From Eubacterium sp. (GTDB taxonomy: Bacteria > Bacillota > Clostridia > Lachnospirales > Lachnospiraceae): a stretch of DNA of 57,438 nucleotides. The stretch covers positions 1 through 57,438 of the forward strand of contig JAEEGM010000137.1 in assembly GCA_016280325.1 (NCBI GenBank), given 5' to 3'. Shown here in pieces: positions 8,177 through 18,686 of this stretch. The translations under genes and the position numbers were made by a program. Each line of letters opens with the position of its first letter. The stretch's first letter is position 1. The notes beneath the pieces were generated by a model, which had not been told where the DNA came from, made no database searches, and saw only the letters and a list, made by a program, of their open reading frames with translations.

Positions 8177-10168
8177 TCAATCCTCAACACCGTCGACGGT
8201 CGCCTTCAGAGACTGGATGCTCTTCAGCACGTCATCGGCCTCGCCGGAGATCGCATCGGAGTTGGATGCGATATCCTGCAACGTCTCCGTAACCTCCTGA
8301 ACCGCACGGTTAACATCGTTCTGTGACTCTTCGATGGAACCGACGATGCTCGTGATCAGGTTGACAGAAGCTGTCAACTCCTCAGCGGAAGCACCGAGAT
8401 CGGCGCTAACCTCCGAATAGTAGGAAGCATCTCTGTCATAATCATTTGCCAGAGTCTCAAGGCCTTCGTAATCCTTCATAACCTTGGCATCAATAAACTC
8501 AAGAATGTTGTTACTCTCACCGGAAAGTGCCTCCACACTGGAGATCACCTTATCTGTCAGGTCATTGACCTTATCAATCTCGTTGCTCGTGCTCTGTGCC
8601 AACGTACCGATCTCACTCGCCACAACCGCGAAGCCCTTACCGGTCTCACCGGCTCTGGCCGCCTCGATCGAAGCGTTCAATGCAAGAAGATTGGTCTGGT
8701 TAGCGATCGCCTGGATCGACTGGGAAACGCCGACGATCTCTTCGATGATCTTCGCACCCTCGATCGCCTTCTCCAGCTTCTCACGGCTCTCCTGCGTGAT
8801 CGCCATGGCACTGTTCTTGTTGCGGATGATATCCGGAACCATCTCCTGAACATGAGTCTGAATCTCATGCGCTTTGGTTGCCATCTCCTGCGCCTCGTTA
8901 GCAAGCTTGTCAACCGCCTCACTAACCTCACCACAGGTTGTACTGATATTCTGGATGCTGGCCGTCTGTGTATCCACGCTGGCCCCTGTCTTCTCCATAG
9001 CCGAGCTGATCGTGCTGATCTCATTATTCATCTCGCCGATCTTCTCATGCGCGTCACTCATCATATTCTCGATCATCGAGGACTCATCACGTGTACGATC
9101 AATCGTAATCAGGAAGCGATCCTGCAGAACACCGATCAAATGACGGATTCTGTTGACCTCCTTCATATTCTTGATCTGCGTCTCGTCATCGATCAGGTTA
9201 TCGACAACAAACTGCTCCATCTCCTCTACCGGGCGAAGATTCTTCTTCACCATGAAAAGCATCAGGAAGATAACCAGAGCAAGCGCAGAAATCGTAAGCG
9301 CCACACTGACGATCAACATCAGCTTCAGCGGTTTCGTAACATTATCATAGAAAGCCGCAATACCGAATACCCAGTTACTGCTTGCAACAACACCGGTTGA
9401 AAAATACGTCTTCGTATTATCATAATCCGTTGCCGTGATAACCTCTGATCCCGGAGCGGAAATGATCGGTGCCACATCCGGCAGAACCTGTGATACGGCC
9501 GTTGCTACGTCCTCTCCCGGCATCCATGCGGAATTCGGATGGATAACGTAGTTTCCGGCAGAATCCACCAGATAACCGTATGTACCGTCATCATTGGCAG
9601 CATCGTTAGTGATCTGCGCGATCGTATCCAATGTATAATCGGCTCCGATAACGCCCCACAACTGATCGTTGAAGTAGATCGGAGTCGCTACCGTCACACA
9701 CATACCTCCGATCAACACGTCCATATACGGATCGGTAACGATGGTTGCCTTTGCTTCCTTGGCAGCCTTGTACCAGCCACGGGCCGTCGGATCATAGTCC
9801 GCGTCAGTCGTAGCGTTCGGATCCAACTGAAGGAACTCCTTTTTCTCATTTCCGATATAGATATTCAGAAGCTGATCGCGGCCGGTCGCCGTAGCGATCA
9901 GGATCTTCGACATATCCTCTCTCTTCGGATTATCCGTGCCAAGTGCCATGATCGCACCACGGATACCTTCCGTCATAATCTTCTCACCGGTCAACCAGGT
10001 ATTGATCTGCTCCGCGTGCTGGTTGGCCTTCGCCTGCAACCCCTCCTTCGCCGACTTTTCCAAGTTTGCTCCGGACACCATCAGAGACGTCAAAGCCAAA
10101 GCGATCATCGCAATTGCCACAATGATGATAACCGTCGACGTCAGCGTTCCTCGAATCGTTTTGAACAT
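8177..10168 (-). CDS. Methyl-accepting chemotaxis protein with Cache sensor domain
   Basis: Two TM segments, Cache motifs ([15 protein letters not shown]) and the signalling signature [30 protein letters not shown]. Start placed at ATG 10168 after AAGGAG. Confidence 0.95.
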   Translation of the reverse strand: MFKTIRGTLTSTVIIIVAIAMIALALTSLMVSGANLEKSAKEGLQAKANQHAEQINTWLTGEKIMTEGIRGAIMALGTDNPKREDMSKILIATATGRDQLLNIYIGNEKKEFLQLDPNATTDADYDPTARGWYKAAKEAKATIVTDPYMDVLIGGMCVTVATPIYFNDQLWGVIGADYTLDTIAQITNDAANDDGTYGYLVDSAGNYVIHPNSAWMPGEDVATAVSQVLPDVAPIISAPGSEVITATDYDNTKTYFSTGVVASSNWVFGIAAFYDNVTKPLKLMLIVSVALTISALALVIFLMLFMVKKNLRPVEEMEQFVVDNLIDDETQIKNMKEVNRIRHLIGVLQDRFLITIDRTRDESSMIENMMSDAHEKIGEMNNEISTISSAMEKTGASVDTQTASIQNISTTCGEVSEAVDKLANEAQEMATKAHEIQTHVQEMVPDIIRNKNSAMAITQESREKLEKAIEGAKIIEEIVGVSQSIQAIANQTNLLALNASIEAARAGETGKGFAVVASEIGTLAQSTSNEIDKVNDLTDKVISSVEALSGESNNILEFIDAKVMKDYEGLETLANDYDRDASYYSEVSADLGASAEELTASVNLITSIVGSIEESQNDVNRAVQEVTETLQDIASNSDAISGEADDVLKSIQSLKATVDGVED

Positions 10169-10203
10169 AATCAAATCTCCTTTCGGATAAAATTCCGTTA
10201 TAT

Positions 10204-10232
10204 ATTTTATCATATCTCCCATAAACTTTCAA
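10204..10232 (-). promoter_or_regulatory. Sigma-A promoter of the MCP gene
   Basis: TTGAAA-17 nt-TAAAAT with an extended TG. Confidence 0.6.
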
Positions 10233-10295
10233 TAAAAAAATCATGCTACAGATTAAGATTTCTTAAAAGTGGAGTGACAGCCGTGAATAGTAACT

Positions 10296-10336
10296 AAAAA
10301 AATAGCCGCTCACGGGCATTTTTCCCCACAAGCGGC
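10296..10336 (-). terminator. Intrinsic terminator after the AbiEi-like gene
   Basis: GCCGCTTGTGGG...CCCGTGAGCGGC-TA-TTTTTTT with G-U pairs on the minus strand. Confidence 0.7.
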
Positions 10337-10416
10337 AAGCATTTCTCCATTAAACCCAATTTGCCCGACTACGACAAGGCTTTCAACGCCATGCTATCCG
10401 ATCAAATGACACATCT

Positions 10417-11019
10417 CTAACTCAACCGGTCTCTGACAATCTGACCGACGCGCATCCGATCTGCGTAAGCAAAGCACTTCTTCAAATCCTTTTTATTGGA
10501 CCTTTTGAAGCCACGGATGATCTCGTCAAGCATGCCTTCCTCCAGTTTATCCGCCAACCGGATACTGTCCACCACGCTATGATTGACGTCATACACCCGA
10601 ACCGTCGTACTCTCATACTTAAATGTGACGATCTCCTCTTCGAAGGCCTGTTCGGAAAAATAGTGCCTCGACACCGGGAACGTAAGCTTCATGCCTCCGC
10701 GATCGGTTCTAAGCGTCGCGACATAGAGCGTCTCCGGCTCCTTTTTCAGCATCCCATGATAATAACAGGCGCTCGGTCCGCAGATCACCGCCTTGGGATT
10801 TGTGAGGCACGCCTCTATCATCTTGTAGTTTGCCGGCTTTTTTATTTTCAGAAAGCTCCCCCAGTAATTTCCGTGAGACACCTTCTCGATATCACCGTTC
10901 TCTAACAATTCACGTATGTGGATCGTTGAAACCTTTTTACTCAGCATATCTCTGGTAGACAGGTACCCTCCTGCCTTGTCAAACAGTGCGTAGATTTTGT
11001 CGTAAGTCCTTTTCAGCAT
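10417..11019 (-). CDS. AbiEi-family (type IV TA antitoxin-like) transcriptional regulator, orphan
   Basis: N-terminal wHTH (GGYLST...GDIEKVSHGNY), ICGPSACYYHG and VRVYDVNHSVVD motifs recalled for the AbiEi family. No AbiEii partner is adjacent. Confidence 0.75.
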   Translation of the reverse strand: MLKRTYDKIYALFDKAGGYLSTRDMLSKKVSTIHIRELLENGDIEKVSHGNYWGSFLKIKKPANYKMIEACLTNPKAVICGPSACYYHGMLKKEPETLYVATLRTDRGGMKLTFPVSRHYFSEQAFEEEIVTFKYESTTVRVYDVNHSVVDSIRLADKLEEGMLDEIIRGFKRSNKKDLKKCFAYADRMRVGQIVRDRLS

Positions 11020-11054
11020 CTGACTGTCACTCTCCTATCTCACACCACATATAC

Positions 11055-11080
11055 CCCGCGCTCCGGCGCGGGCTTTTTTT
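11055..11080 (+). terminator. Terminator-like hairpin with T tract on the antisense (+) strand
   Basis: CCCGCGC-TCCG-GCGCGGG-C-TTTTTTT. Confidence 0.5.
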
Positions 11081-11161
11081 GATCTTTCGCCGCCCTTCAT
11101 CGGCAATTATCCCCTTCAGGTCACCGGTGCCCTTCATCAGCGCTCCCCAATTGATTCATCC

Positions 11162-13618
11162 TTATAATACCATTATATACATATAATAGATTTTTTTCAA
11201 GAGCCCGGCGTTATGATAGGCATGACGACAAATCTCATCGCATACCTCACGGAATCGGAACACCTGCTGCTCCGTCAGGTTGTCCGGTCCAAAGGCCGCG
11301 TGGAAGATCATTTCCACATAATAACGGATCGGCTCCTCAGGCATAGACAGTGCCTCCACGAGCTCCGCGGTCAACTCCGCACTTGACTGTCCGGCGTACT
11401 TCACGCCGCGGTGCATAAAGTACGGCGTCAGGTGACGATGCGTCATACGGATCCGACGGCGTTTATTCTTCATATCCGAAAGCCGGCTGCGGAACAGATG
11501 ACGACGGATCCGCCTTTGTCCCTCGGCCACAGCGGCCACGATCACAAGCACGATCAGGATGATCAGGAGCACGCGTAAAATTGCGGAGTCTTCCTGTTTT
11601 TCATTGGAACCGAGATCACCGCCGTCACGGCCCTGCTCCTTGGCATCATCCTCGGTATCCTCGTTGCCTTCGATATCCTCAAACTCCATGCTTTCATCCG
11701 GCTTGGTCGTCACCATCGGCGTCGGTGTCACCTCGGCAGGTCCGTCTCCGGCACCCTGTCCATCGGAATAACCACCATCGTTGTTCTCCTCATTGCCGAG
11801 CTGCTCTCCGTTCCCCGGTGTCGTCTCAAATGTCACGAAGCCGTAGCGTTCATCAAACACCTCAATCCAGGCATGACAATCATAATCCGGTACGTCAACC
11901 TCTCCCGGAATCCCTTTTTCCAGCTCCTCCGGCGAGATATACAGTCCCTCAACAAAGCGGGTCGGAATCCCGATTGAACGCAACAGGATCGCCGCTGCCG
12001 TCGCATAGTAAGTACAATACCCCTTCTTATTCTCCTTCAGGAAATATTCCACACTGTCCCTGCCCGACGGCGTCTTGCCCGGCGACTCGGAGTACTCGGT
12101 ATCCTTGGATATAAAACTCCTTACCGCTCTGAGCAGATCGCTGATGTCGCACTCCCCTTCACCGTACTGCTTTAAAAGTGACTTATACTCGGTCTTGAAC
12201 TCTTCACAGATTCCCTTCAGACTGTCCGGAATCTGAAGATAATACTTCTTGGCAAAGTCAGCCAGCGCCTTGGATTTCTCCTCATTTCCCGTCCAGAAAA
12301 CAGGATCCACAAGGTCTTCCGACGGCGTCATCAGCATACGTCTCACCGCGTAGGAGTACGTCAGGTAATACTCTTCATCATACTCAATTCCCGGGACTCT
12401 CGTCTTCACCTCACCACTGTTTTCCGTGATGTAGCCCTGCACCGGGAGCACCGGAATCGCGTAGCTGCCGAAGCCGAACGCCAGGTTTCGCACATGAAGC
12501 GTACCGATCCCCCAAAGATTATCCACACCGCTTTTCTCGTTGTCTCCGATGTCATTGCGCAACTGGACATGGTAGCTGTCCGGCGTGATATTCTGAGAGT
12601 TCAGCGTCGCGAGATCCTGTTTATACTCCGCGTCCTTTTTATTCGAGGTCCACTTATTATCTTCATACACATTGGCAACGTACGACTTCAGATACAATCC
12701 GTAATTCGTATTGAAGTCTCCGGAGAGTTTCAGAAGCGTCCGCCCGGTATGGTTGAGTTCGGCCTTCTTCCCGACCTTTCCGAAGTCGATCGCATCGGAA
12801 CTGAAGTACGCCCGGATCCATGTAAACACATCTTCCATATCCCAGCTCGCCAGGGCCATGATCGTATTTTTCGTCTCCAGAAGTTTTCCCTTATTCCTCT
12901 CGTAACGCGACGGCGAGACGATCAGATAGGAAAGAATCCCCGAGAAAAGACCGATCAAGATCAGGATCAGCGACAGCTTCTGTCGCAGTCGTCGATCCGT
13001 CGAATTGGTCTTCAGCTGTCTGGTTCCGATCACGGCGATCAGGATCACCAGGTAGGTGATCACATCAAAGTAATACCCGACACGCCCCACATAGAGTGGC
13101 AGGATCATAAGCGGAATCGTACACAGGATGAACACGCTCGAACGTCTTTTTCTATAGAAAAATGCACTGACGACTGAGATTAAAAATACCCCGACGATCA
13201 CCAGCACCAGCGTCGTCGAAAAGTTGACGCTGACTTCATCCGAATTCTCATAGGTCAACAGGGACAACTGACTCCCCGTGAAATTCATAAACGCTTTCAG
13301 GAAACTGTTGATGATGGTGATAACACCTTTGGCGATCTCATCGCGGAAGCGAATTGCCAGCGCGATATAGAACACAAGCAGACCGCCGATCCCATAGAGT
13401 TTACCGTAACGGATCGTCTCCAGCACGGAAAAAAGAGCATAGAAAAGCAGCGCGCCGATGCCCATACATACTAAAAGCAAGGTCCGGTCATAGACCAGTT
13501 CCAAACTCGTCGCCGTACAGGTGAGCGCAGAAGAAACGCCCAGAAACACCATCAGTATCTGGACGGATTCCAACAAGAAATTGACAATCTTACCCGACTG
13601 CTTCACCAAAGTTTTCAC
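11162..13618 (-). CDS. Membrane transglutaminase-like domain protein
   Basis: Multiple N-terminal TMs; catalytic motifs GYCTYYAT and CHAWIEVF; acidic linker and a C-terminal TM. The start may be the GTG at 13606. Confidence 0.9.
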   Translation of the reverse strand: MKTLVKQSGKIVNFLLESVQILMVFLGVSSALTCTATSLELVYDRTLLLVCMGIGALLFYALFSVLETIRYGKLYGIGGLLVFYIALAIRFRDEIAKGVITIINSFLKAFMNFTGSQLSLLTYENSDEVSVNFSTTLVLVIVGVFLISVVSAFFYRKRRSSVFILCTIPLMILPLYVGRVGYYFDVITYLVILIAVIGTRQLKTNSTDRRLRQKLSLILILIGLFSGILSYLIVSPSRYERNKGKLLETKNTIMALASWDMEDVFTWIRAYFSSDAIDFGKVGKKAELNHTGRTLLKLSGDFNTNYGLYLKSYVANVYEDNKWTSNKKDAEYKQDLATLNSQNITPDSYHVQLRNDIGDNEKSGVDNLWGIGTLHVRNLAFGFGSYAIPVLPVQGYITENSGEVKTRVPGIEYDEEYYLTYSYAVRRMLMTPSEDLVDPVFWTGNEEKSKALADFAKKYYLQIPDSLKGICEEFKTEYKSLLKQYGEGECDISDLLRAVRSFISKDTEYSESPGKTPSGRDSVEYFLKENKKGYCTYYATAAAILLRSIGIPTRFVEGLYISPEELEKGIPGEVDVPDYDCHAWIEVFDERYGFVTFETTPGNGEQLGNEENNDGGYSDGQGAGDGPAEVTPTPMVTTKPDESMEFEDIEGNEDTEDDAKEQGRDGGDLGSNEKQEDSAILRVLLIILIVLVIVAAVAEGQRRIRRHLFRSRLSDMKNKRRRIRMTHRHLTPYFMHRGVKYAGQSSAELTAELVEALSMPEEPIRYYVEMIFHAAFGPDNLTEQQVFRFREVCDEICRHAYHNAGLLKKIYYMYIMVL

Positions 13619-14720
13619 CTCGTAAATTCATAACTTCCAAGCGATTCCTCGTCAAACCGCTGTTCTCTATACCCACACCGTCGCCTACTGTTAAGTACAG
13701 AGCCTGCTCCACCGGACGCCCCTGATCCCAGGCCAGATACGCCTCCACCAGCTCGCCGGCATTGTCCGTCGGTCTCGAGCGGAAGAGATCCTGAAACATC
13801 CACAACAGTTCCTCTTCGTGCTCAACCAATCGCTCCTCCACGATATCCGCCTCTCTGTTGTACCAGATAAAATGCTGCGGAATCGCATGCTCAATCATAT
13901 ACAAGGAAATCGAGTAGATCCCCTGCACCAGAAGGTTGGCATTTTTATGATGCTCATCCCCCTCCCCGGGCACATACAGATCAATAAAAATATGCAGAGC
14001 CTTCGTGAGCGGAAGCGAGCCATCCTTTACCATCAGAGTTCCTGTTTTCGAACTCAGTTTCCAGTGAATGCGCTGGATCTTGTCACCGTCCGCGTACTCG
14101 CGGATGTCGAAGACCTCGGACGGATCGTCACCTTTTTTATACAATGAAAAACGATCTGAGTCCTCATCGGTCTCGTTATACCACCGGTCTTTCCCCAGAT
14201 AGAACTCCTTCGTCGGCGGGACGATCAACACATGCTGTTTGGGGTAATCCTTCCCGATTGTCCACGCAAAAATACTCAGATAATCATAAATCCTTACCTT
14301 GTCAACCTTGATCGCCAGGTTTCCGCAGTTTTCCATCGGAACGACGATACGGCGATCCCTCTTTCGTCCGACATCGACGGAAAAACGCACCTTCATTTTT
14401 CCTTTTTCTCCGGAAAAATAATTCTCATAGCGAACCTTTGCCACCCCCTTCGTAAGCGGCAGGAAGTGATTTTTATTCTCGACAGACAGCGTGATCGCCG
14501 CACGCGCCGGCTTGTCGATATCATCTTTTTCTGTCATGGGGTTTTTCGAATCCACCGAAGCGGATACACGGGAACGCATGAATATCAAAAACAGGAACAT
14601 AAAAATCGGAATGCACACAAGAAGTCCGGCGATCGCAACCGTGCCGAATTCCAGATAGAATATGCATATCACTGCCCCGAACAGACAGAGCAGGGCATAG
14701 ATGATTGTTCCAAAGGTCAT
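13590..14720 (-). CDS. DUF58 domain protein
   Basis: DIREYADGDKIQRIHWKLSSK signature; lies between MoxR and the transglutaminase. Confidence 0.92.
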   Translation of the reverse strand: MTFGTIIYALLCLFGAVICIFYLEFGTVAIAGLLVCIPIFMFLFLIFMRSRVSASVDSKNPMTEKDDIDKPARAAITLSVENKNHFLPLTKGVAKVRYENYFSGEKGKMKVRFSVDVGRKRDRRIVVPMENCGNLAIKVDKVRIYDYLSIFAWTIGKDYPKQHVLIVPPTKEFYLGKDRWYNETDEDSDRFSLYKKGDDPSEVFDIREYADGDKIQRIHWKLSSKTGTLMVKDGSLPLTKALHIFIDLYVPGEGDEHHKNANLLVQGIYSISLYMIEHAIPQHFIWYNREADIVEERLVEHEEELLWMFQDLFRSRPTDNAGELVEAYLAWDQGRPVEQALYLTVGDGVGIENSGLTRNRLEVMNLRGENFGEAVG

Positions 14721-14742
14721 AATGGTCTTCCTTTATCTCGAA

Positions 14743-15672
14743 TTACGCTAATTTCGGTGCCGGGACACGGCCGACGATCTCCTCGATCACATCTTCCTCG
14801 GTTACGTGCGCCATACGGGCTTTTCCGTTGAGAAGGACACGGTGAGCCAGTACCGCACCGGCTACGGACTTCACATCCTCCGGCAGCACGAAAGCACGAC
14901 CGGCTACATACGCACGGGCTCTCGACATATCCATCAGAGCCAGTGTTCCACGCGGGCTGACACCCAGAGAAAGCATCGCGTGGCTTCTCGTACCATCCAC
15001 GATTCGGGATAGATAAGTCAGCACCTTATCATCCACATGAATCTGTCTTACCTGCTCCTGCATCGCAACGAGTTCTCTCTTCGATATGATCTCACGCACC
15101 GAATCCAACGGGTTCGTATCCTGACGTTCTTTGATCAGGCGCATCTCCTCCTCCATCGTGGGATATCCCATCGAGATACGGATCATAAAGCGATCAAGCT
15201 GAGACTCCGGAAGCATCTGCGTACCGGCAGAGCCAACCGGGTTCTGCGTCGCCATTACGATAAACGGAACCGGAAGCTGACGGGTTACACCGTCCACGGT
15301 TACCTGTCCCTCCTCCATAACCTCCAAAAGCGCGGACTGCGTCTTCGTTGAGGTACGGTTGATCTCATCGGCGAGAAGCAGGTTACACAGGATCGCGCCC
15401 GGCTTGTACTGATACTCGCCGTCGGCACCGATCATATTGAAGCCCACCACGTCGGACGGAAGTACGTCCGGTGTAAACTGAAGACGTCTCTCGGTCAACT
15501 CCATCGCCCTGGAGAAGGCCACGGCCAGCGTTGTCTTTCCCACGCCGGGCACATCCTCGATCAGGATATGTCCGCCGGCCAGGATCGCCGTCATAACCAA
15601 ACGAATCTCGTGATCCTTTCCTCTGATAACCTGAGCAACCTCATGCAAAATCTGTTCCGTTCTCTCGTTCAT
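14743..15672 (-). CDS. MoxR family AAA+ ATPase
   Basis: DVPGVGKTT, LADEINR, ATQNP and SQLDRF. Start placed at ATG 15672 after AAGGA. Confidence 0.95.
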   Translation of the reverse strand: MNERTEQILHEVAQVIRGKDHEIRLVMTAILAGGHILIEDVPGVGKTTLAVAFSRAMELTERRLQFTPDVLPSDVVGFNMIGADGEYQYKPGAILCNLLLADEINRTSTKTQSALLEVMEEGQVTVDGVTRQLPVPFIVMATQNPVGSAGTQMLPESQLDRFMIRISMGYPTMEEEMRLIKERQDTNPLDSVREIISKRELVAMQEQVRQIHVDDKVLTYLSRIVDGTRSHAMLSLGVSPRGTLALMDMSRARAYVAGRAFVLPEDVKSVAGAVLAHRVLLNGKARMAHVTEEDVIEEIVGRVPAPKLA

Positions 15673-15722
15673 TTTATCGTCCTTTCTCTCATTAATTAAC
15701 TCTGTCAACAGCCTCTATCAAT

Positions 15723-15753
15723 AAAACCGGGACGAACGTATACGCCGTCCCGG
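15723..15753 (-). terminator. Intrinsic terminator after murA
   Basis: CCGGGACG...CGTCCCGG-TTTT. Confidence 0.65.
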
Positions 15754-15775
15754 CCCCCATTTTCCTCATTCTTTC

Positions 15776-17080
15776 TTATCCGACCTTCATCCTGAACTTT
15801 CTGACTTCTCTCTCATCATCCACATCGACCTTCTCGATCTTGCCGCCGATGCCTCGTATCTTTTCCTCGAAGCGCTCGTACCCACGCTCGATATAATGAA
15901 TCTGATCCACAGCCGTGATCCCTTCGGCCGCAAGCCCTGCCATCACAAGTGCGGCTCCCGCTCGAAGATCCGGCGCGCTGACCTCAGCACCCGTGAAGCC
16001 CTCCACTCCGGTGATAAAGGCCGCATTCCCCTCTACGGTGATATTCGCACCCATCCGGCGAAGTTCTCCGACATACTTAAGCCTCGTTTCAAAAATAGTC
16101 TCTGTCACGATGCTGGTACCCTGCGACAACGACAGAAGCGTCGTCATCTGCGGCTGCATATCCGTCGGAAATCCCGGATACGGCATCGTCTTTACATTGG
16201 CGTAGGACAGTCTTTTGTCCGCGCGAACCCGCACACAATCGTCATACTCCTCGACCTGACAACCGATCTCGGTCAACTTCGCCGTGATCGCCTCCAAGTG
16301 CTTCGGGATGACATTTTTGATCAAAACATCCCCGCGTGTGGCCGCAACCATCAGCATAAATGTGCCGGCCTCAATCTGATCGGGGATAATCGAATACTCG
16401 CTTCCGTGGAGCTCTCTCACGCCGCGGATACGGATCGCATCGGTACCGGCGCCTCGGATATTGGCTCCCATGGAGTTTAAGAAGTTGGCGACATCGACGA
16501 TATGCGGCTCCTTGGCCGGATTCTCGATGATCGTCTTGCCCTCCGCCATGCAGGCTGCCATCATGATATTGATCGTGGCGCCGACACTGGGGCAGTCCAG
16601 ATAGATATGATTGCCATGAAGCTGCTCTGCGCGGGCATCGATCTTTCCGTGATGGATCGTTACCTTGGCGCCAAGCTGCTCAAAGCCCTTGATATGCTGA
16701 TCGATAGGGCGACTTCCGATCTGACAACCTCCCGGGAGCGCTACCATCGCCTTTTTATACTTACCCAAAAGGGCCCCTACCAGATAATAGGAACCTCGTA
16801 TCTTCCGGATGGCCTCCTGATCTACGTTGACATCATTAATAAGGGCGCCGTTAATGCGAACCGTCGTCGTATCGATGCGCTCTACGATAGCACCGATGCT
16901 TTCCACGGCTTCCAACAGCACCCGGACATCATCCACATCCGGAATATTCTCGATCGTAACCGGCTCATTTGCCATGATAGCGGCCACAATAATACCGAGC
17001 GCCGCGTTCTTCGCGCCACCGATTATGACCTCACCGGTCAGGGGTTGTCCTCCCCTGATCATATACTTCCACATTGTCAT
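15776..17080 (-). CDS. murA: UDP-N-acetylglucosamine 1-carboxyvinyltransferase
   Basis: GAKNA, LPGGCQIGSRPIDQH (catalytic Cys), PYPGFPTDMQ and DLRAGAAL. Confidence 0.97.
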   Translation of the reverse strand: MTMWKYMIRGGQPLTGEVIIGGAKNAALGIIVAAIMANEPVTIENIPDVDDVRVLLEAVESIGAIVERIDTTTVRINGALINDVNVDQEAIRKIRGSYYLVGALLGKYKKAMVALPGGCQIGSRPIDQHIKGFEQLGAKVTIHHGKIDARAEQLHGNHIYLDCPSVGATINIMMAACMAEGKTIIENPAKEPHIVDVANFLNSMGANIRGAGTDAIRIRGVRELHGSEYSIIPDQIEAGTFMLMVAATRGDVLIKNVIPKHLEAITAKLTEIGCQVEEYDDCVRVRADKRLSYANVKTMPYPGFPTDMQPQMTTLLSLSQGTSIVTETIFETRLKYVGELRRMGANITVEGNAAFITGVEGFTGAEVSAPDLRAGAALVMAGLAAEGITAVDQIHYIERGYERFEEKIRGIGGKIEKVDVDDEREVRKFRMKVG

Positions 17081-17101
17081 GACAGCCTCCAACAATCTAC
17101 T

Positions 17102-17131
17102 ATTATAACATATTCATGTCATGTCCGTCAA
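17102..17131 (-). promoter_or_regulatory. Sigma-A promoter of murA (extended -10)
   Basis: TTGACG-18 nt-TATAAT with a TGn extension. Confidence 0.55.
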
Positions 17132-18681
17132 TACATGACACGCACCTTATATCCCAATTCCTCAGACAACTCCGGATAAATCTGCAAAAAGCAGTCGATT
17201 TCATCAAAAGGTCCTGTGAGTACGACGACAAATTCTTCACCGAACTCATGGAGAACCTGCATCAGTTCATCCACACTTTCCTTCGAAAGCTCCGCCGCCT
17301 CCGTCACCAACAGGCATCGACCGATCAGGCGATCGATCTGATCCATCAGATGAATGGAGTTCATCCTTTCCGCTGTTATCCGCATCACCTTCTGTGCGGA
17401 ATGGTAGCCAAGTCTCGTCAACTCCTTGGACAACCGCTTCGTGATCGTCAGGGTGATCCTGTCCTCGCCGCCGGCGAGAACGAAATGAGGCGGTTCGCAG
17501 TCTCTTCTGCGGATACGTGCGATGATATCACGCGTTGTCCAGTAACGAATCCCGCGCTGCGAGATATCTGCCGGGCCTTCCTCATAGTTTTCATCTACCA
17601 CAAACATCTGCTCAAAGCGCTTTGCTTTCGTCGGATCATCGGTCTTCACCGGCTCGCCGACGGTCGCGGCCTGCCCGCGACGATTCAGATACTTAGCTTC
17701 CAAACTGGTATGTGCCGGCTCCTCGATCGGGGCTCCGGATGCCGTCTTCGGCATACCGACGCTCTCCACCACCGGTGTAGCCGCATACATCGGATCTTCC
17801 GTGGTAACCGGCTCTTCTACCGGCTCTTCTACCGGCTCCTCTACTGTCTTCTCTACCGCTTTCTCTACCGCGTCCACATCCAGACGTTCCGTCGGTCTCA
17901 CCGGCTCAACCTCAAGCTGTTCGATCTGCGTCCGTCCGGTCTCGCTCAACATATCGTCAAGCGTAGGCTCGGTAACTTCATCCGGAAAGCTCGAACTCTC
18001 CTCAACTATCCGACTCACCTCAGCGCCAACCTTCTCGGAGATTGCGTTCTCGATATCCGACTCGGCTTCCATACGGGCCGCCAGGCTCTCTTCGATCATG
18101 CCGCCGACCTTTTTCTCCTCCGGATCCTCCTCCGGCTCGTCCGGCAGGATACGTACGCCACCGAACCACAGATGCAGATCAGAAAGTTCCTGCTTGTACT
18201 CAGCCTCTCTTCCGGCCTGCTTGTAGAGGTCGGCCAGCTTCTTGCCCCAGACCTCCATATACTCCTCGGATTTGAAATCCTCGAGAAGCTTGATCCGCTC
18301 CTCAAGTGTGATGCCGAGCGCGTCCGCCATCGCATAACGTAGTTCGAAATCATCAGCGATAGCGCCTTCCATTTTTTCAAATTCCTTGAGATACACCTTG
18401 GCATCTCCGATCTCTCCGATTCGAATCAGCACCTGGATAAAAATCTTCAGGTTGTGGCGAACATTGGTCGTATTGTACAGATGGAGATAGACTCTTTTCA
18501 ATTCATCATAACGCTTCGTATGCTCCGTGATCTCGGCCATCGCGCGCAGATCCTGGACAGATTCCACCTCTTCCGGTTCAATATCACCAAGCGCACTCCA
18601 CGCTTCCTCGTACGCTTTCTCCTGTACGAGATCACGCATCTGCTCGCAACGTCTCTCTATCTCGCGTCGTCTGTTCGCCAT
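17128..18681 (-). CDS. Hypothetical protein: TPR-like N-terminus, acidic linker, degenerate AAA+-like C-terminus
   Basis: Helical repeat N-terminus and E/P-rich linker. The C-terminal pattern HFVLAG...LLVTEAAELS...VVVLTG resembles CbbX/SpoVK-type AAA but has no GKT (inference). Confidence 0.7.
   Translation of the reverse strand: MANRRREIERRCEQMRDLVQEKAYEEAWSALGDIEPEEVESVQDLRAMAEITEHTKRYDELKRVYLHLYNTTNVRHNLKIFIQVLIRIGEIGDAKVYLKEFEKMEGAIADDFELRYAMADALGITLEERIKLLEDFKSEEYMEVWGKKLADLYKQAGREAEYKQELSDLHLWFGGVRILPDEPEEDPEEKKVGGMIEESLAARMEAESDIENAISEKVGAEVSRIVEESSSFPDEVTEPTLDDMLSETGRTQIEQLEVEPVRPTERLDVDAVEKAVEKTVEEPVEEPVEEPVTTEDPMYAATPVVESVGMPKTASGAPIEEPAHTSLEAKYLNRRGQAATVGEPVKTDDPTKAKRFEQMFVVDENYEEGPADISQRGIRYWTTRDIIARIRRRDCEPPHFVLAGGEDRITLTITKRLSKELTRLGYHSAQKVMRITAERMNSIHLMDQIDRLIGRCLLVTEAAELSKESVDELMQVLHEFGEEFVVVLTGPFDEIDCFLQIYPELSEELGYKVRVMY
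17807..17872. repeat. 12-bp tandem repeat (about 5.5 copies) encoding AVEK/TVEE/PVEE
   Basis: ACCGGCTCTTCT x2, ACCGGCTCCTCT, ACTGTCTTCTCT, ACCGCTTTCTCT. Confidence 0.85.
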
Positions 18682-18686
18682 AACTG

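Noticed and set aside
10296-10410. c-di-GMP riboswitch upstream of the MCP
   Set aside because: GGCAAA is present but the GEMM two-stem consensus is not. The hairpin is explained as a terminator, and the MCP promoter lies downstream of it.
11162-15672. MoxR-DUF58-transglutaminase as a novel system
   Set aside because: This is a well-known, widespread gene triad.
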